Source: Balanoglossus misakiensis (lineage: Eukaryota; Animalia; Hemichordata). From it: DNA of 64,000 bases. This document shows positions 28,069-39,790 of this stretch, piece by piece; the stretch's first letter is position 1; each line of letters begins with the position of its first letter. The notes under the pieces are model-generated. The model worked only from the letters and a program-made list of their open reading frames with translations. It did no database searches and was not told the origin of the DNA. The stretch is taken from contig CM082576.2 in assembly GCA_040954595.2 (NCBI GenBank), forward strand, positions 16,353,028 through 16,417,027. The letters run 5' to 3'. A program made the position numbers and the translations under genes.

Positions 28069-30093
28069 CGGCGATGACTCAACATACATGTACAGTATGT
28101 GGTATTGGCAGTAAAGTGTATTGGACGAATTTATATGAAGAAGTGTGTAAAAGAAAGATGTGCACATTCAGAGCTATAGGGGCGCTATTTACCGAGACCA
28201 TGCCCATCTCCTCACAGCAAATGCAGCATCGAGTTGTCAAAATTAATAAAATGCAAACATGATTCCCTTAAATAGATTTAATAGGCAATTTTCTAAACAA
28301 CTCGAACTGTATGTTAAGCTTTAATAAATTGTTTGGTCGTATTTAGTGTTTGACGTTGAAAATCACACTTTATTTACTGTCACAAGATGGTGGGAATTAC
28401 CCTAGCCAACTGTGACATGAGTTTAGAATTGCCAAAAATAGGCGTTTGAGAACCAGAGTATTGTACAGAAAAGAACTCACTCACTCACTCACTCACACAC
28501 AATGAATTATGCTTTAACTAGTCTGTAATTTACGCCTAAAGCACCGAAATACAGTATGCAGATTAAAACGTTTCTCTAACTACTTAGAGAATAATGAACG
28601 CCCCAAAGACCCATAATGGACGAAAGCACACATTGTGCGTCATAATATACGAGGCGAAGCCGAGTATATTATGGAGCACAATGTGTGCTTGAGTCCATTA
28701 TGGGTCTTTGGGGCGTTCATTATTCTCATTATTTTATAGTTTTGTCAATGCGAGTGAATTTGCAGACTTCAAAAAGTATAGGTGCGAACAATTCAGACTC
28801 GGACACGGAGATCGAGAACAGAGCAATGGCGTACGCGTAAACAAAAGGTCACCTGATCGCGGTGTATCAGTGTACTGTACATTTCTAGTATCATATTCAA
28901 ACATCAGGAAATAAATAATGAAGGTTTATTAACGCATGTGAAAATTCATTTAAGGGTTCTGCTGAAATATATCTGAAAAAGTTTCGATTTTTGCGTAATC
29001 TTGGGGATGACTCGGGGAATATTTGAATTCGTTTGCGTTCTCAGGAAAGTTCACGTATACGGGCGCTCGGAAGGTTGCAATACATAAACAAACTCGCCCT
29101 CGATCGACCCTTCGTACCGCGTAGACAACATGACAGTGACACTTGCGGCATAATTTTTTTTTACGTATAGCTTCGTTGACATGACTGCTTGGTACATGGT
29201 ACACGGTATGTATGGTGAACGAATGTCAAATCCAGCATCATCGAGAGGTTTGCTTTACGTGCGTGAGCGAGCCATGTTGACTGCGCGTGATTCAAGAGCA
29301 GACGACATGTACTGCATCCGTAGGAAGACAAAATAAACAAAACGCCAGTCGAGGACAGATTTGGAAATTAATAAATATCGCCGTATTTATTCTGTGTACG
29401 TTTGCATTTCTTTTTTAGCCCTTAAAATGTTCGCATTGTTTGAAATCCTCCGTTATTCAGTCGGAAATTGTACATGTCCACTGGTTCTTGGGCGCGTCGC
29501 GCGTCCATCGAATAACACGATACATTATCAGTAATAATGTATAGCTATGACGTCACAACATTCACTGGTATTGATAAAGCTATAATATAATGTATAATAA
29601 CGCGGGTGATGAAATGTTTGCACACACAGTTTCACGACATAAACAGTGTTCACAGTCCCCAAATTACTGTTAATCGGGTTTCTCGTCCGTCGACTGTTAC
29701 CAATTTACATTCGGTTTACTCCACTGCTTCTTAGGCCTATACATGTAGGTGTCGTCGGTTGCGAGGTGCGATCGAGTCGCTTGTGAAGCGAAAGCGACAT
29801 GACAGCAAACCACGCTACTGACATTAGCAGGAGTCCGGCGAATGCACCGAATAGTTTGGCCCTGTAGTCTGGCAGATCGTATAGAGCAGACAGTTCCCTT
29901 GTTCATCGCACGCCGTCCGTCCCCACAACATACATGCACGCCGAGTCGATGAGGGCCCCGGTGTATATCGGCGCCGGTATAGTGGCTGGAAGGGATTTGT
30001 TGTATATCTTAGGCTAGGTTTACAATCATGTCTTCATTATAACCCTGCCAAGTTAGGCGACATACATGTATATTTAGTAGTAAGCTGGGCAAA
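28069..30093 (-). pseudogene. Direct duplicate of the SLCO terminal exon and 3' region (52415-53421), frameshifted
   Basis: Near-identical to 52415-53421. A 4-nt insertion near 29934 (aacatacatgcacg vs aacatacacg) breaks DSACMLWG. The copy is interrupted by a 1-kb insertion. Confidence 0.88.
28585..29591. mobile_element. ~1.0-kb non-coding insertion starting with a ~140-bp fold-back hairpin (GGCGAAGCC apex)
   Basis: Absent at the paralogous site (ctact|gtataat near 52917). gagaataatgaacgccccaaagacccataatggac pairs with gtccattatgggtctttggggcgttcattattctc. Confidence 0.8.
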
Positions 30094-30628
30094 TCTCAAT
30101 CTGATTAAAATCAGATGTAGGGAACGGAGACGCGTTTTTTTACAGCCCGGAAACTGTGATGTCGTGAAGACAAAAAAGAATGACAGAGAAATCAACAGAT
30201 CATATTTTGCTCAAAGGCAGAGACTGTACTCACCGAGGCTGTACTTACTGAAAACATGCCAGGCGCCGATGTTGTCCACTTGAGATAATGTTCACAATTT
30301 TGTTCGGAAGTCTTCTTCCAGTTTCCATGTGTCGCACATGTTTTCATTACATACAACATTATGTACACATAGCCGTTCTGTCATTCTTTTATGTTTCCAA
30401 AGGACCCACATTTAGCTCCCGTGGTTACCCACACGAATTGTTCCGTATGTCTGCCCTTCTGTACATGCCTATTTCTGTGTCATCGATATTCAAAGAACGG
30501 CTTATCACATTTGAACCCAATTTGATGGACATGTAATGATTCAAAATGGCGAGGCTTACCAGTGTTGTGATAAGCCATTGGATGATTTACAAAACGGTCG
30601 CCCCAAAAACAAACTACAGGACAATTTG

Positions 30629-30910
30629 GAGACTCCTCGAAGCCGAGCGGCTCTGGGGTTTCTTTACTGTGCCGGGCATTTCACAGTAAAACTTCACTGA
30701 GAACCGATACACCGACGTATAACCCTGAACAAGGAGTACAGAGATTAGTGTCAAGATGAAACAGACTTTCCTCGACCTGCCCCGTTGCCAGAGCAAGGAG
30801 TACTGAGTTCTGCGTCAACAGTGCACATAACCTTTTCCTCAACCTGCCCACATGGCTACATCAGTGCACAAAAAACAGCTACCCACGCGGCCATGGCTTG
30901 GAGAAGTCTT
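30629..30910 (-). ncRNA. Unassigned structured RNA, variant C (282 nt, single copy)
   Basis: Shares the conserved ends (GCCAUGGCCGCGUGGGUAGCUG ... CAGUGAAGUUUUACUGUGAAAUGCCCGGCACAGUAAAGAAACCCCAGAGCCGCU) and covarying stems with variants A and B. Confidence 0.7.
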
Positions 30911-31594
30911 TGATGTCAGTTCTTTAGCCCGGAAACATGAAGACAAAAAAGAATGACAGAAGTTTGGCGCAAAAGCAGAAGAAAAACAAGATTGTACTCA
31001 CCGGGAACACCCCAGGCGAGGGGACTTACCTGAAATGTTCCATCTCTGTTTGCGCTGTCCACGTATATACAACGTTGATCCCGTAGACAATATCGTTTTC
31101 TCAATATCTCGAGTGTTTCCGTAGCACCGACGTCATATACGACTGGGTTTCTCAATCTCTTTTACATTCCAACTGTCATCATCCAAATATCATGTCTCCT
31201 GTCTTCTGGTTCGACGTTTAGGTTAATTTTCTTAATTTCGAACCTGTGATGCACACCTTCCTACTATTTACAACAAAAGTTTGATATGTCTATAAATCTT
31301 AGAATAGTGGTTTGTTTACTTTGTTTCTCGCTTGACAAAAGTGTTTCCTTACGAATGCTGAGCCCCATTCGGTAAGCCGATGCAATTTTACAAATTATCG
31401 TTGGGAGTTGCTCGACTTCTTTGGTAAAATGAATGATACTGCTATAATACAATATAATATGCTAGCTTAATAGATTTGTGCATATGGTTTTCAAAGTTGA
31501 TGTGAAAAATATGGTTCTAATTGTTGGCAAAAGTAACCTTATCTGTCGTTAGTCTAATATTTTAGAGAAAGAAACAACGAAAACATTTTTTACG

Positions 31595-31836
31595 GAGCCC
31601 TGTAAGCGGTTCTGGGGTCTCTTTAACGTGCCGGGCATTTCACAGTAAAACTTCACTATGTATTCATAGACCAGCGGAGGGGTGGGTACAAGATTTGACC
31701 CTGAACAAGGTCTACAAACGGCGATGGGTCGGCTCGTTCTCTCCCCTTTCACTCAACCACCTGACCCCTGCCTCGACCTGTTCACTACTGGTGTAATTTC
31801 CACAGCTACCCACGTGACCATAGCGTACAAGGGCTC
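31595..31836 (-). ncRNA. Structured RNA variant A, copy 1 (242 nt)
   Basis: GAGCCCUUGUA...UACAGGGCUC closing stem. This copy has one mismatch in the conserved hairpin (tttaacgtg on + strand). Confidence 0.65.
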
Positions 31837-32474
31837 ATAGACATGGTCTATTTTACCCGGAAATGGCTAGCTAGCTGCAAGAATTTGTCAAGACAGTGAC
31901 AGATAAGATTACTTTCCTATAGCATTGTTCTGTTGGAAATTATCACTTTCCTCAATTATAGTATACTACCCAAATAATAAAAAATATATTCTCTGCGAAT
32001 TATGGTGTGTTTTTAGTGACTGTATGTAAAGTAAGTTCAAATGTTGATCCTTCCAAAGGAGGACAATGCTCAGAAAAGTTAGTCCTTTCAAATTTCCCCT
32101 TCAGAATTTATCACCGTCACATTCGACCTTCAAGCCACGTTCTGGACACACAGACCCATACTCGCGTAAACAAAACCATTTGGGTCTTACCATCAGGCAG
32201 CGCTCTTAAAATAATGCTATTTATGTCCTAGAATCTTACTATCTTACTGAGATTAACACGGTAACGACCTGAACATCAGTGTCGTTTACCTCATACATTC
32301 ATGGTTGTTAAAAGTGTCCCATATGAGTGTTCAGTCCCCGTTCGTTTTGTAAGCCTGTTGTTTTTAGGGTATGTGAAAAACACTGCCGTTTTTTTTTCAT
32401 TATTAGCAAAAGTTACCTTATCTGTCGTTAGTCTCATTTTTTAGAGAAAGAAACAACGAAAAAAGTTTTTTACG

Positions 32475-32716
32475 GAGCCCTGTAAGCGGTTCTGGGGTCT
32501 CTTTACCGTGCCGGGCATTTCACAGTAAAACTTCACTATGTATTCATACACCAGCGGAGGGGTGGGTACAAGATTTGACCCTGAACAAGGTCTACAAACG
32601 GCGATGGGTCGGCTCGTTCTCTCCCCTTTCACTCAACCACCTGACCCCTGCCTCGACCTGTTCACTACTGGTGTAATTTCCACAGCTACCCACGTGACCA
32701 TAGCGTACAAGGGCTC
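32475..32716 (-). ncRNA. Structured RNA variant A, copy 2
   Basis: Same 242-nt element, 880 bp from copy 1. Confidence 0.7.
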
Positions 32717-33355
32717 ATAGACATGGTCTATTTTACCCGGAAATGGCTAGCTAGCTGCAAGAATTTGTCAAGACAGTGACAGATAAGATTACTTTCCTAT
32801 AGCATTGTTCTGTTGGAAATTATCACTTTCCTCAATTATAGTATACTACCCAAATAATAAAAAATATATTCTCTGCGAATTATGGTGTGTTTTTAGTGAC
32901 TGTATGTAAAGTAAGTTCAAATGTTAATCCTTCCAAAGGAGGACAATGCTCAGAAAAGTTAGTCCTTTCAAATTTCCCCTTCAGAATTTATCACCGTCAC
33001 ATTCGACCTTCAAGCCACGTTCTGGACACACAGACCCATACTCGCGTAAACAAAACCATTTGGGTCTTACCATCAGGCAGCGCTCTTAAAATAATGCTAT
33101 TTATGTCCTAGAATCTTACTATCTTACTGAGATTAACACGGTAACGACCTGAACATCAGTGTCGTTTACCTCAAACATTCATGGTTGTTAAAAGTGTCCC
33201 ATATGAGTGTTCAGTCCCCGTTCGTTTTGTAAGCCTGTCGTTTTTAGGGTATGTGAAAAACACTGCCGTTTTTTTTTTCATTATTAGCAAAAGTTACCTT
33301 ATCTGTCGTTAGTCTCATTTTTTAGAGAAAGAAACAACGAAAACAGTTTTTTACG

Positions 33356-33597
33356 GAGCCCTGTAAGCGGTTCTAGGGTCTCTTTACCGTGCCGGGCATT
33401 TCACAGTAAAACTTCACTATGTATTCATACACCAGCGGAGGGGTGGGTACAAGATTTGACCCTGAACAAGGTCTACAAACGGCGATGGGTCGGCTCGCTC
33501 TCTCCCCTTTCACTCAACCACCTGACCCCTGCCTCGACCTGTTCACTACTGGTGTAATTTCCACAGCTACCCACGTGACCATAGCGTACAAGGGCTC
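33356..33597 (-). ncRNA. Structured RNA variant A, copy 3
   Basis: Same element with two substitutions. Confidence 0.7.
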
Positions 33598-34236
33598 ATA
33601 GACATGGTCTATTTTACCCGGAAATGGCTAGCTAGCTGCACGAATTTGTCAAGACAATGACAGATAAGATTACTTTCCTATAGCATTGTTCTGTTGGAAA
33701 TTATCACTTTCCTCAATTATAGTATACTACCCAAATAATAAAAAAATATATTCTCTGCGAATTATGGTGTGTTTTTAGTGACTGTATGTAAAGTAAGTTC
33801 AAATCTTAATCCTTCCAAAGGAAGATAATGCTCAGAAAAGTTAGTCCTTTCAAATTTCCCCTTCAGAATTTATCACCGTCACATTCGACCTTCAAGCCAC
33901 GTTCTGGACACACAGACCCATACTCGCGTAAACAAAACCATTTGGGTCTTACCATCAGGCAGCGCTCTTAAAATAATGCTATTTATGTCCTAGAATCTTA
34001 CTATCTTACTGAGATTAACACGGTAACGACCTGAACATCAGTGTCGTTTACCTCAAACATTCATGGTTGTTAAAAGTATCCCATATGAGTGTTCAGTCCC
34101 CGTTCGTTTTGTAAGCCTGTTGTTTTTAGGGTATGTGAAAAACACTGCCGTTTTTTTTTCATTATTAGCAAAAGTTACCTTATCTGTCGTTAGTCTCATT
34201 TTTTAGAGAAAGAAACAACGAAAACAGTTTTTTACG

Positions 34237-34478
34237 GAGCCCTGTAAGCGGTTCTGGGGTCTCTTTACCGTGCCGGGCATTTCACAGTAAAACTTCACTA
34301 TGTATTCATACACCAGCGGAGGGGTGGGTACAAGATTTGACCCTGAACAAGGTCTACAAACGGCGATGGGTCGGCTCGTTCTCTCCCCTTTCACTCAACC
34401 ACCTGACCCCTGCCTCGACCTGTTCACTACTGGTGTAATTTCCACAGCTACCCACGTGACCATAGCGTACAAGGGCTC
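34237..34478 (-). ncRNA. Structured RNA variant A, copy 4
   Basis: Same element; its flank leads into the variant B block. Confidence 0.7.
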
Positions 34479-34883
34479 ATAGACATGGTCTATTTTACCC
34501 GGAAATGGCTAGCCAGCTGCAAGAATTTGTCAAGACAATGACAGATAAGATTACCTTGTACCATTCCCGTGGCATTTTTCGTTAGGGAAATTGTCAACTT
34601 CATCAGCTATGTGTTACCCCCCTCAACTCCCCCCCCCCCCCCCAAAAAAAAAAAAAAAAAAATTCTAAGGAAATTTGTGTGTGTTAGTGACTGTGTGTGA
34701 AGTCTACCGTTCACGGTAACATAGAAAATTATTTTGCCAAACTTAGAATAGAAAATATATGTTGGAGTTTATTATTTACATTTATTCACATATGCAGCTC
34801 AATTCAAAACACGGTTTAAAAGGACATAAAGTTGTATGCCGGTGCCGAATCACATTGTTTTTTAAAATGTAGCAAATTTTGTT

Positions 34884-35093
34884 GAGTCTTCCAAGCGGTT
34901 CTGGGGTCTCTTTACCGTGCCGGGCGTTTCACAGTAAAACTTCACCGTGTACTCCTACGCCAGCGTTTTTTAGTGGAGACAAGGAATGACGGGATGGCCG
35001 AACCACCAACATCAGTTCTACTTGTTCAACACCAGTGTACTTCCCCCGGCGTACTTTCCACGGCTACCCACGTGACCATAGCTTGGCGGTCTC
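34884..35093 (-). ncRNA. Structured RNA variant B, copy 1 (210 nt)
   Basis: Conserved ends, CCAAGC/GCUUGG closing stem, and compensatory CCGUG/CACGG and UACGCCGG/CUGGCGUA stems. Confidence 0.7.
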
Positions 35094-35479
35094 TTTGATG
35101 CAACCTCTTAAAGCCCAGAAATATATACTGTTTTCATTCAGAAGACTAACGACAGACACCGCTGAATATTAAAATCACTGTCTATTGAAATGAGCTGTAT
35201 ATATGATACCAATGGGCCTAATCTTTACGATAGTTACGCATCATACCCTTGCCTTGAGTAGGATGTTGTATGTGTAACGCTCTTTAGGAAAATAATAATC
35301 ACAGTCGCGTGAGAGTTTGTTACACGTCGAACTGTTCCTATTCTTCTGAGTCATAGGGGCAATTCGCCGTGTAATAAAATGCTCTTTAAATACGACTTTA
35401 TTTACCCGAAATACCAAAGTTTATGCAACAATCACTCCCACTTTTGATCCACGTGTGACCCCCTAGATAGGTTAGAATT

Positions 35480-36545
35480 ATCCTGCGCTACAATCTCTGT
35501 ACGGCAGCGCGTTTGACGTGAGCAGGGCCAGGGGGAACGAACGCGCTACTTGACAACATGTCATTCCATTCGTGCGACGCGCACGCAGCCGTGCGCACGA
35601 TGCATGCAATGTGATGTTTGGCCGAAGCACAGCGACTGCGGCCGAAGCTTGTGTATCGCTGTTTGTATAAAGTTTACTGGCATACAGTACCTCTTCTACG
35701 ACTTTTTTTGTAAAATTAGAATTCATTGGTTATTTTGCATAGTTTTTAACCAATGGCCAAGACGATTACGGCCTGTATTAAATCGCTAACTTTTCCCGAG
35801 TTGCTTAGCATCGCACTGTATGCATCACACGACAAATATTACAGAAAACAAAAGTCTCTCACGACTCTTACCCGAGGGAGGCGCTCTTCATATTTTATGT
35901 CCAGTAGTTCCAGTGAACACTGCCAAAACAAGTGCGTGAAGAGCGGGTTCTCAACCAGCCACTTTACAACAAAGAAAATGAAACGAAAGCAGAGAGTGTA
36001 GAGCCGCTGCTTGTGCTTTGTGATCGTGAGGAGTCGTCTATGGCAACAGTGACACAAATAGAACATCAGAACACTTCCTGTTTTCTTGCGACAAAAGCAT
36101 GATGGGAATTTCATCGCGAGAACTTTCGCGCGTCCGTGAGCGGGTAACTTAGCAACAAGTATGGCGAACATTCCTTTCTTTACGGCGTGGTGGCGACAGC
36201 CTTTAGGCGCGGCTTTCCGCGGACCCGAATTTTCCTTTCATTTGGCGAAGGAGGAATCTTTGCCTGTACAGATTATTCTAAACCTTTAAATCTTGTGAAC
36301 AAGGGGTAAAACATTCCAATGATAAAATGTACTTATTTTTAGTTGGAGTTTTTGACCTAAAATTTGCGTATAAAGTTTCCTTTTAGACTTGCTCTCGTCG
36401 TCGCCTCGTAGCATTGTCTGTGCGACAGTGCTGTAAAAAAACAACAGTTAGACATGAATCTTACCGAGAGGCGGCGCTTTTCGGATGGCAATGTTAAGTA
36501 CTTGAAGTGTGGTAGAACTACCAAATGATGAAAACAGGATTTCAG
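35480..36545. promoter_or_regulatory. CpG-rich promoter-like block, duplicated at ~44730-45767 and ~50440-51507; the last copy continues to ~52400
   Basis: Elevated CpG with ETS-like (acttcctg, acttccgg at 52055), RFX X-box-like (gtaacttagcaac; gttgccgacagcaac), TCTCGCGA-like and YY1-like (aagtatggcg) motifs. Confidence 0.45.
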
Positions 36546-36689
36546 ATTTGACCCTGAACAAGGTCTACAAACGGCGATGGGTCGGCTCGTTCTCTCCCCT
36601 TTCACTCAACCACCTGACCCCTGCCTCGACCTGTTCACTACTGGTGTAATTTCCACAGCTACCCACGTGACCATAGCGTACAAGGGCTC
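36544..36689 (-). pseudogene. Truncated variant A copy (RNA 3' half lost) at a duplication junction
   Basis: Junction caggatttcag|atttgaccctg fuses the promoter-like block to the middle of A. Confidence 0.8.
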
Positions 36690-37325
36690 ATAGACATGGT
36701 CTATTTTACCCGGAAATGGCTAGCTAGCTGCACGAATTTGTCAAGACAATGACAGATAAGATTACTTTCCTATAGCATTGTTCTGTTGGAAATTATCACT
36801 TTCCTCAATTATAGTATACTACCCAAATAATAAAAAATATATTATCTGCGAATTATGGTGTGTTTTTAGTAACTGTATGTAAAGTAAGTTCAAATGTTAA
36901 TCCTTCCAAAGGAGGATAATGCTCAGAAAAGTTAGTCCTTTCATATTTCCCCTTCAGAATTTATCACCGTCACATTCGACCTTCAAGCCACGTTCTGGAC
37001 ACACAGACCCATGCTCGCGTAAACAAAACCATTTGGGTCTTACCATCAGGCAGCGCTCTTAAAAAATGCTATTTATGTCCTAGAATCCTTCTATCTTACT
37101 GAGATTAACACGGTAACGACCTGAACATCAGTGTCGTTTACCTCATACATTCATGGTTGTTACAAGTATCCCATATGAGTGTTCAGTCCCCGTTCATTTT
37201 GTAAGCCTGTTGTTTTTAGGGTATGTGAAAAACACTGCCGTTTTTTTTCATTATTAGCAAAAGTTACCTTATCTGTCGTTAGTCTCATTTTTTAGAGAAA
37301 GAAACAACGAAAACAGTTTTTTACG

Positions 37326-37567
37326 GAGCCCTGTAAGCGGTTCTGGGGTCTCTTTACCGTGCCGGGCATTTCACAGTAAAACTTCACTATGTATTCATAC
37401 ACCAGCGGAGGGGTGGGTACAAGATTTGACCCTGAACAAGGTCTACAAACGGCGATGGGTCGGCTCGTTCTCTCCCCTTTCACTCAACCACCTGAACCCT
37501 GCCTCGACCTGTTCACTACTGGTGTAATTTCCACAGCTACCCACGTGACCATAGCGTACAAGGGCTC
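37326..37567 (-). ncRNA. Structured RNA variant A
   Basis: Full 242-nt copy. Confidence 0.7.
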
Positions 37568-38503
37568 ATAGACATGGTCTATTTTACCCGAAAATGGCTA
37601 GCTAGCTGCACGAATTTGTCAAGACAATGACAGATAAGATTACTTTCCTATAGCATTGTTCTGTTGGAAATTATCACTTTCCTCAATTATAGTATACTAC
37701 CCAAATAATAAAAAATATATTCTCTGCGAATTATTGTGTGTTTTTAGTGACTGTATGTAAAGTAAGTTCAAATCTTAATCCTTCCAAAGGAAGATAATGC
37801 TCAGAAAAGTTAGTCATTTCATATTTCCCCTTCAGAATTTATCACCGTCACATTCGACCTTCAAGCCACGTTCTGGACACACAGACCCATACTCGCGTAA
37901 ACAAAACCATTTGGGTCTAACCATCAGGCAGCGCTCTTAAAATAATGCTATTTATGTCCTAGAATCTTACTATCTTACTGAGATTAACACGGTAACGACC
38001 TGAACATCAGTGTCGTTTACCTATATACATTCATGGTTGTTAAAAGTGTCCCATATGAGTGTTCAGTCCCCGTTCGTTTTGTAAGCCTGTTGTTTTTAGG
38101 GTATGTGAAAAACACTGCCGTTTTTTTTCATTATTAGCAAAAGTTACCTTATCTGTCGTTAGTCTCATTTTTTAGAGAAAGAAACAACGAAAACAGTTTT
38201 TTACGGAGCCCTGTAAGCGGTTCTGGGGTCTCTTTATCTGAATTGTCAGAATGACTACAAAGTAACACAGGCATGGGAGGGCGCTCTGCATCTGTCATCC
38301 ACGGAAACAGGGTTTGAACGCTCCGTGAGTTTTTTGACAAATTTTGTCATCGTACTGTTAAACTTGTTTACTGCGAAGTGTTCGGAGTGCAGTTTAACTA
38401 CCTATGTAGCAGAAGTAACCTTTATTGTGTTACTATCTGGTCATTTTTGGACGTTTGAAGGAGTTTTCAGTTTTCTCGTTACAACAAAGGAACCCCACCC
38501 AGT

Positions 38504-39790
38504 ATGGCGGCCGGCGCGGCGGGAGTCCGAAGCTACGCACAAGTCACCATGCCGTATGCAGACTCAGAAACTGCTGAGGACCACAAGTCCGTTCTATTTC
38601 TAAAACAATCAGATGTTGTTAGACCAGAGACCAAACAATGGTTAAAAGGTGAGGAGATCCTTGCTAGTATTGCTGAAGTAGTGCCAATTGAGAACATTGA
38701 CGGCTTGCAGCGGATTCGTGGTCTCTGGAGAATTTACCCAAGGGACAATGCCGATAAGCTAATACTGAAGCAACATGGTTTGTCTTTACGTGGAAAAGCA
38801 ATAGAACTTTGGGATAAGAATCCATTCAGGCGTGAGTTGCAAGAAGTTGGTGTCAAGATCATTGTGAAAGATTTGCCGTTGTCGTTAGATGACAGCGTCA
38901 TCGGGAGCTCTTTGTCTGCGATAGGCCTGAAAACTAAATCTAGGCTTTTGCGGCAGAGATGGCGGGTGAACGGCAAACTCACCAATATTTGCAATGGGGA
39001 CCGCATGGTTTTCGTTGAAAAACCATCCAAAGATCTACCGAAATTTATTAAAGTCGGACCGTTTTCTGCAAGGCTTTTCAGTAGCTTGCAGAACAGAAAC
39101 TCTGAGCAAGAAACAAAGTGTAACAAGTGCTTGCAACTTGGACATTTTAGCTACCAGTGCACAAATCCTTTGAAATGCAGACTTTGTTTCGGCAATGGGC
39201 ACCTTGCAAAGGAATGTGTTAATGCCAAGTGTGAAAAGCAGGCCGAACAGGAGGTGGAAAGTGGTGTATGCGCGTTGATTACTCCTGCGACGGAGGCAGT
39301 AATTATCACATCGACGCCACAACAAAGCACCACACCTACAAGTGACGCAGGCATTCCAACGCCTTTATCTACATCTGCTGCAGAGCAGGCTTCGTCAGCT
39401 CATTGTGAGAGCCAACAGACGAGGGAGGCTACTACGAAGTGTGGATCGAACATAGGCAGTACTAGTCATGACACAGTGTGCAACGACCCATCATCCTCAT
39501 CGAGACAACGAGCCTCGCAGCGGTCGATATCATCTTACTTTCCTGAGAAAAGGCGCGATCCAAGAATACAGAAACCGAAAGATTGTGACCAAGACGATTC
39601 CGTCGCTGCCGTCGCTGACACATCAGCGAATATCAGCGAGAGCGAGTCTGAACAGTACGTGGACTGTGACACAACAAAAGAGGAAATGTCCGATCTTTCA
39701 CCGGAATCACCCGTGATTTTAACGCCGGCTTCCGGGACGACCACGGACAATAGAAAGAGACGCAAGAGGAAGAGGAAACTAAAGAAATGA
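38504..39790 (+). CDS. Retrotransposon ORF1p (Gag-like, two CCHC zinc knuckles, basic C-terminus)
   Basis: 428-aa ORF with CNKCLQLGHFSYQC and CRLCFGNGHLAKEC, ending RKRRKRKRKLKK. The stop overlaps the ORF2 start (ATGA). Confidence 0.92.
   Translation: MAAGAAGVRSYAQVTMPYADSETAEDHKSVLFLKQSDVVRPETKQWLKGEEILASIAEVVPIENIDGLQRIRGLWRIYPRDNADKLILKQHGLSLRGKAIELWDKNPFRRELQEVGVKIIVKDLPLSLDDSVIGSSLSAIGLKTKSRLLRQRWRVNGKLTNICNGDRMVFVEKPSKDLPKFIKVGPFSARLFSSLQNRNSEQETKCNKCLQLGHFSYQCTNPLKCRLCFGNGHLAKECVNAKCEKQAEQEVESGVCALITPATEAVIITSTPQQSTTPTSDAGIPTPLSTSAAEQASSAHCESQQTREATTKCGSNIGSTSHDTVCNDPSSSSRQRASQRSISSYFPEKRRDPRIQKPKDCDQDDSVAAVADTSANISESESEQYVDCDTTKEEMSDLSPESPVILTPASGTTTDNRKRRKRKRKLKK

Noticed and set aside
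31595-31836. C/D or H/ACA snoRNA, or Sm-class snRNA assignment
   Set aside because: No terminal RUGAUGA/CUGA boxes. The ACA near the 3' end is present only in A, and an Sm-like AAUUUUG only beside B.
31840-32470. Canonical hammerhead (retrozyme) in the 881-bp unit
   Set aside because: No CUGANGA core found on either strand by eye.
32480-32525. Resemblance to LSU rRNA (GACGGAAAGACCCC) and to RNase P CR-V (ACAGAA..GCTTA)
   Set aside because: The match is short and gapped, with no flanking rRNA homology and no CR-I partner for a P4 helix.
32495-32540. SECIS-like GUGA-N12-AAA...GA pattern in the P3 hairpin
   Set aside because: The helix register does not give a clean UGAN/NGAN quartet, variant C lacks the second GA, and no selenoprotein ORF is upstream.
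32441-32720. Recurrent 60-74-aa ORFs in each array unit (MYSYTSGG..., MKGERTSR...)
   Set aside because: They are not preserved in variants B and C, and some A copies have stops. Conservation follows base pairing, not codons.
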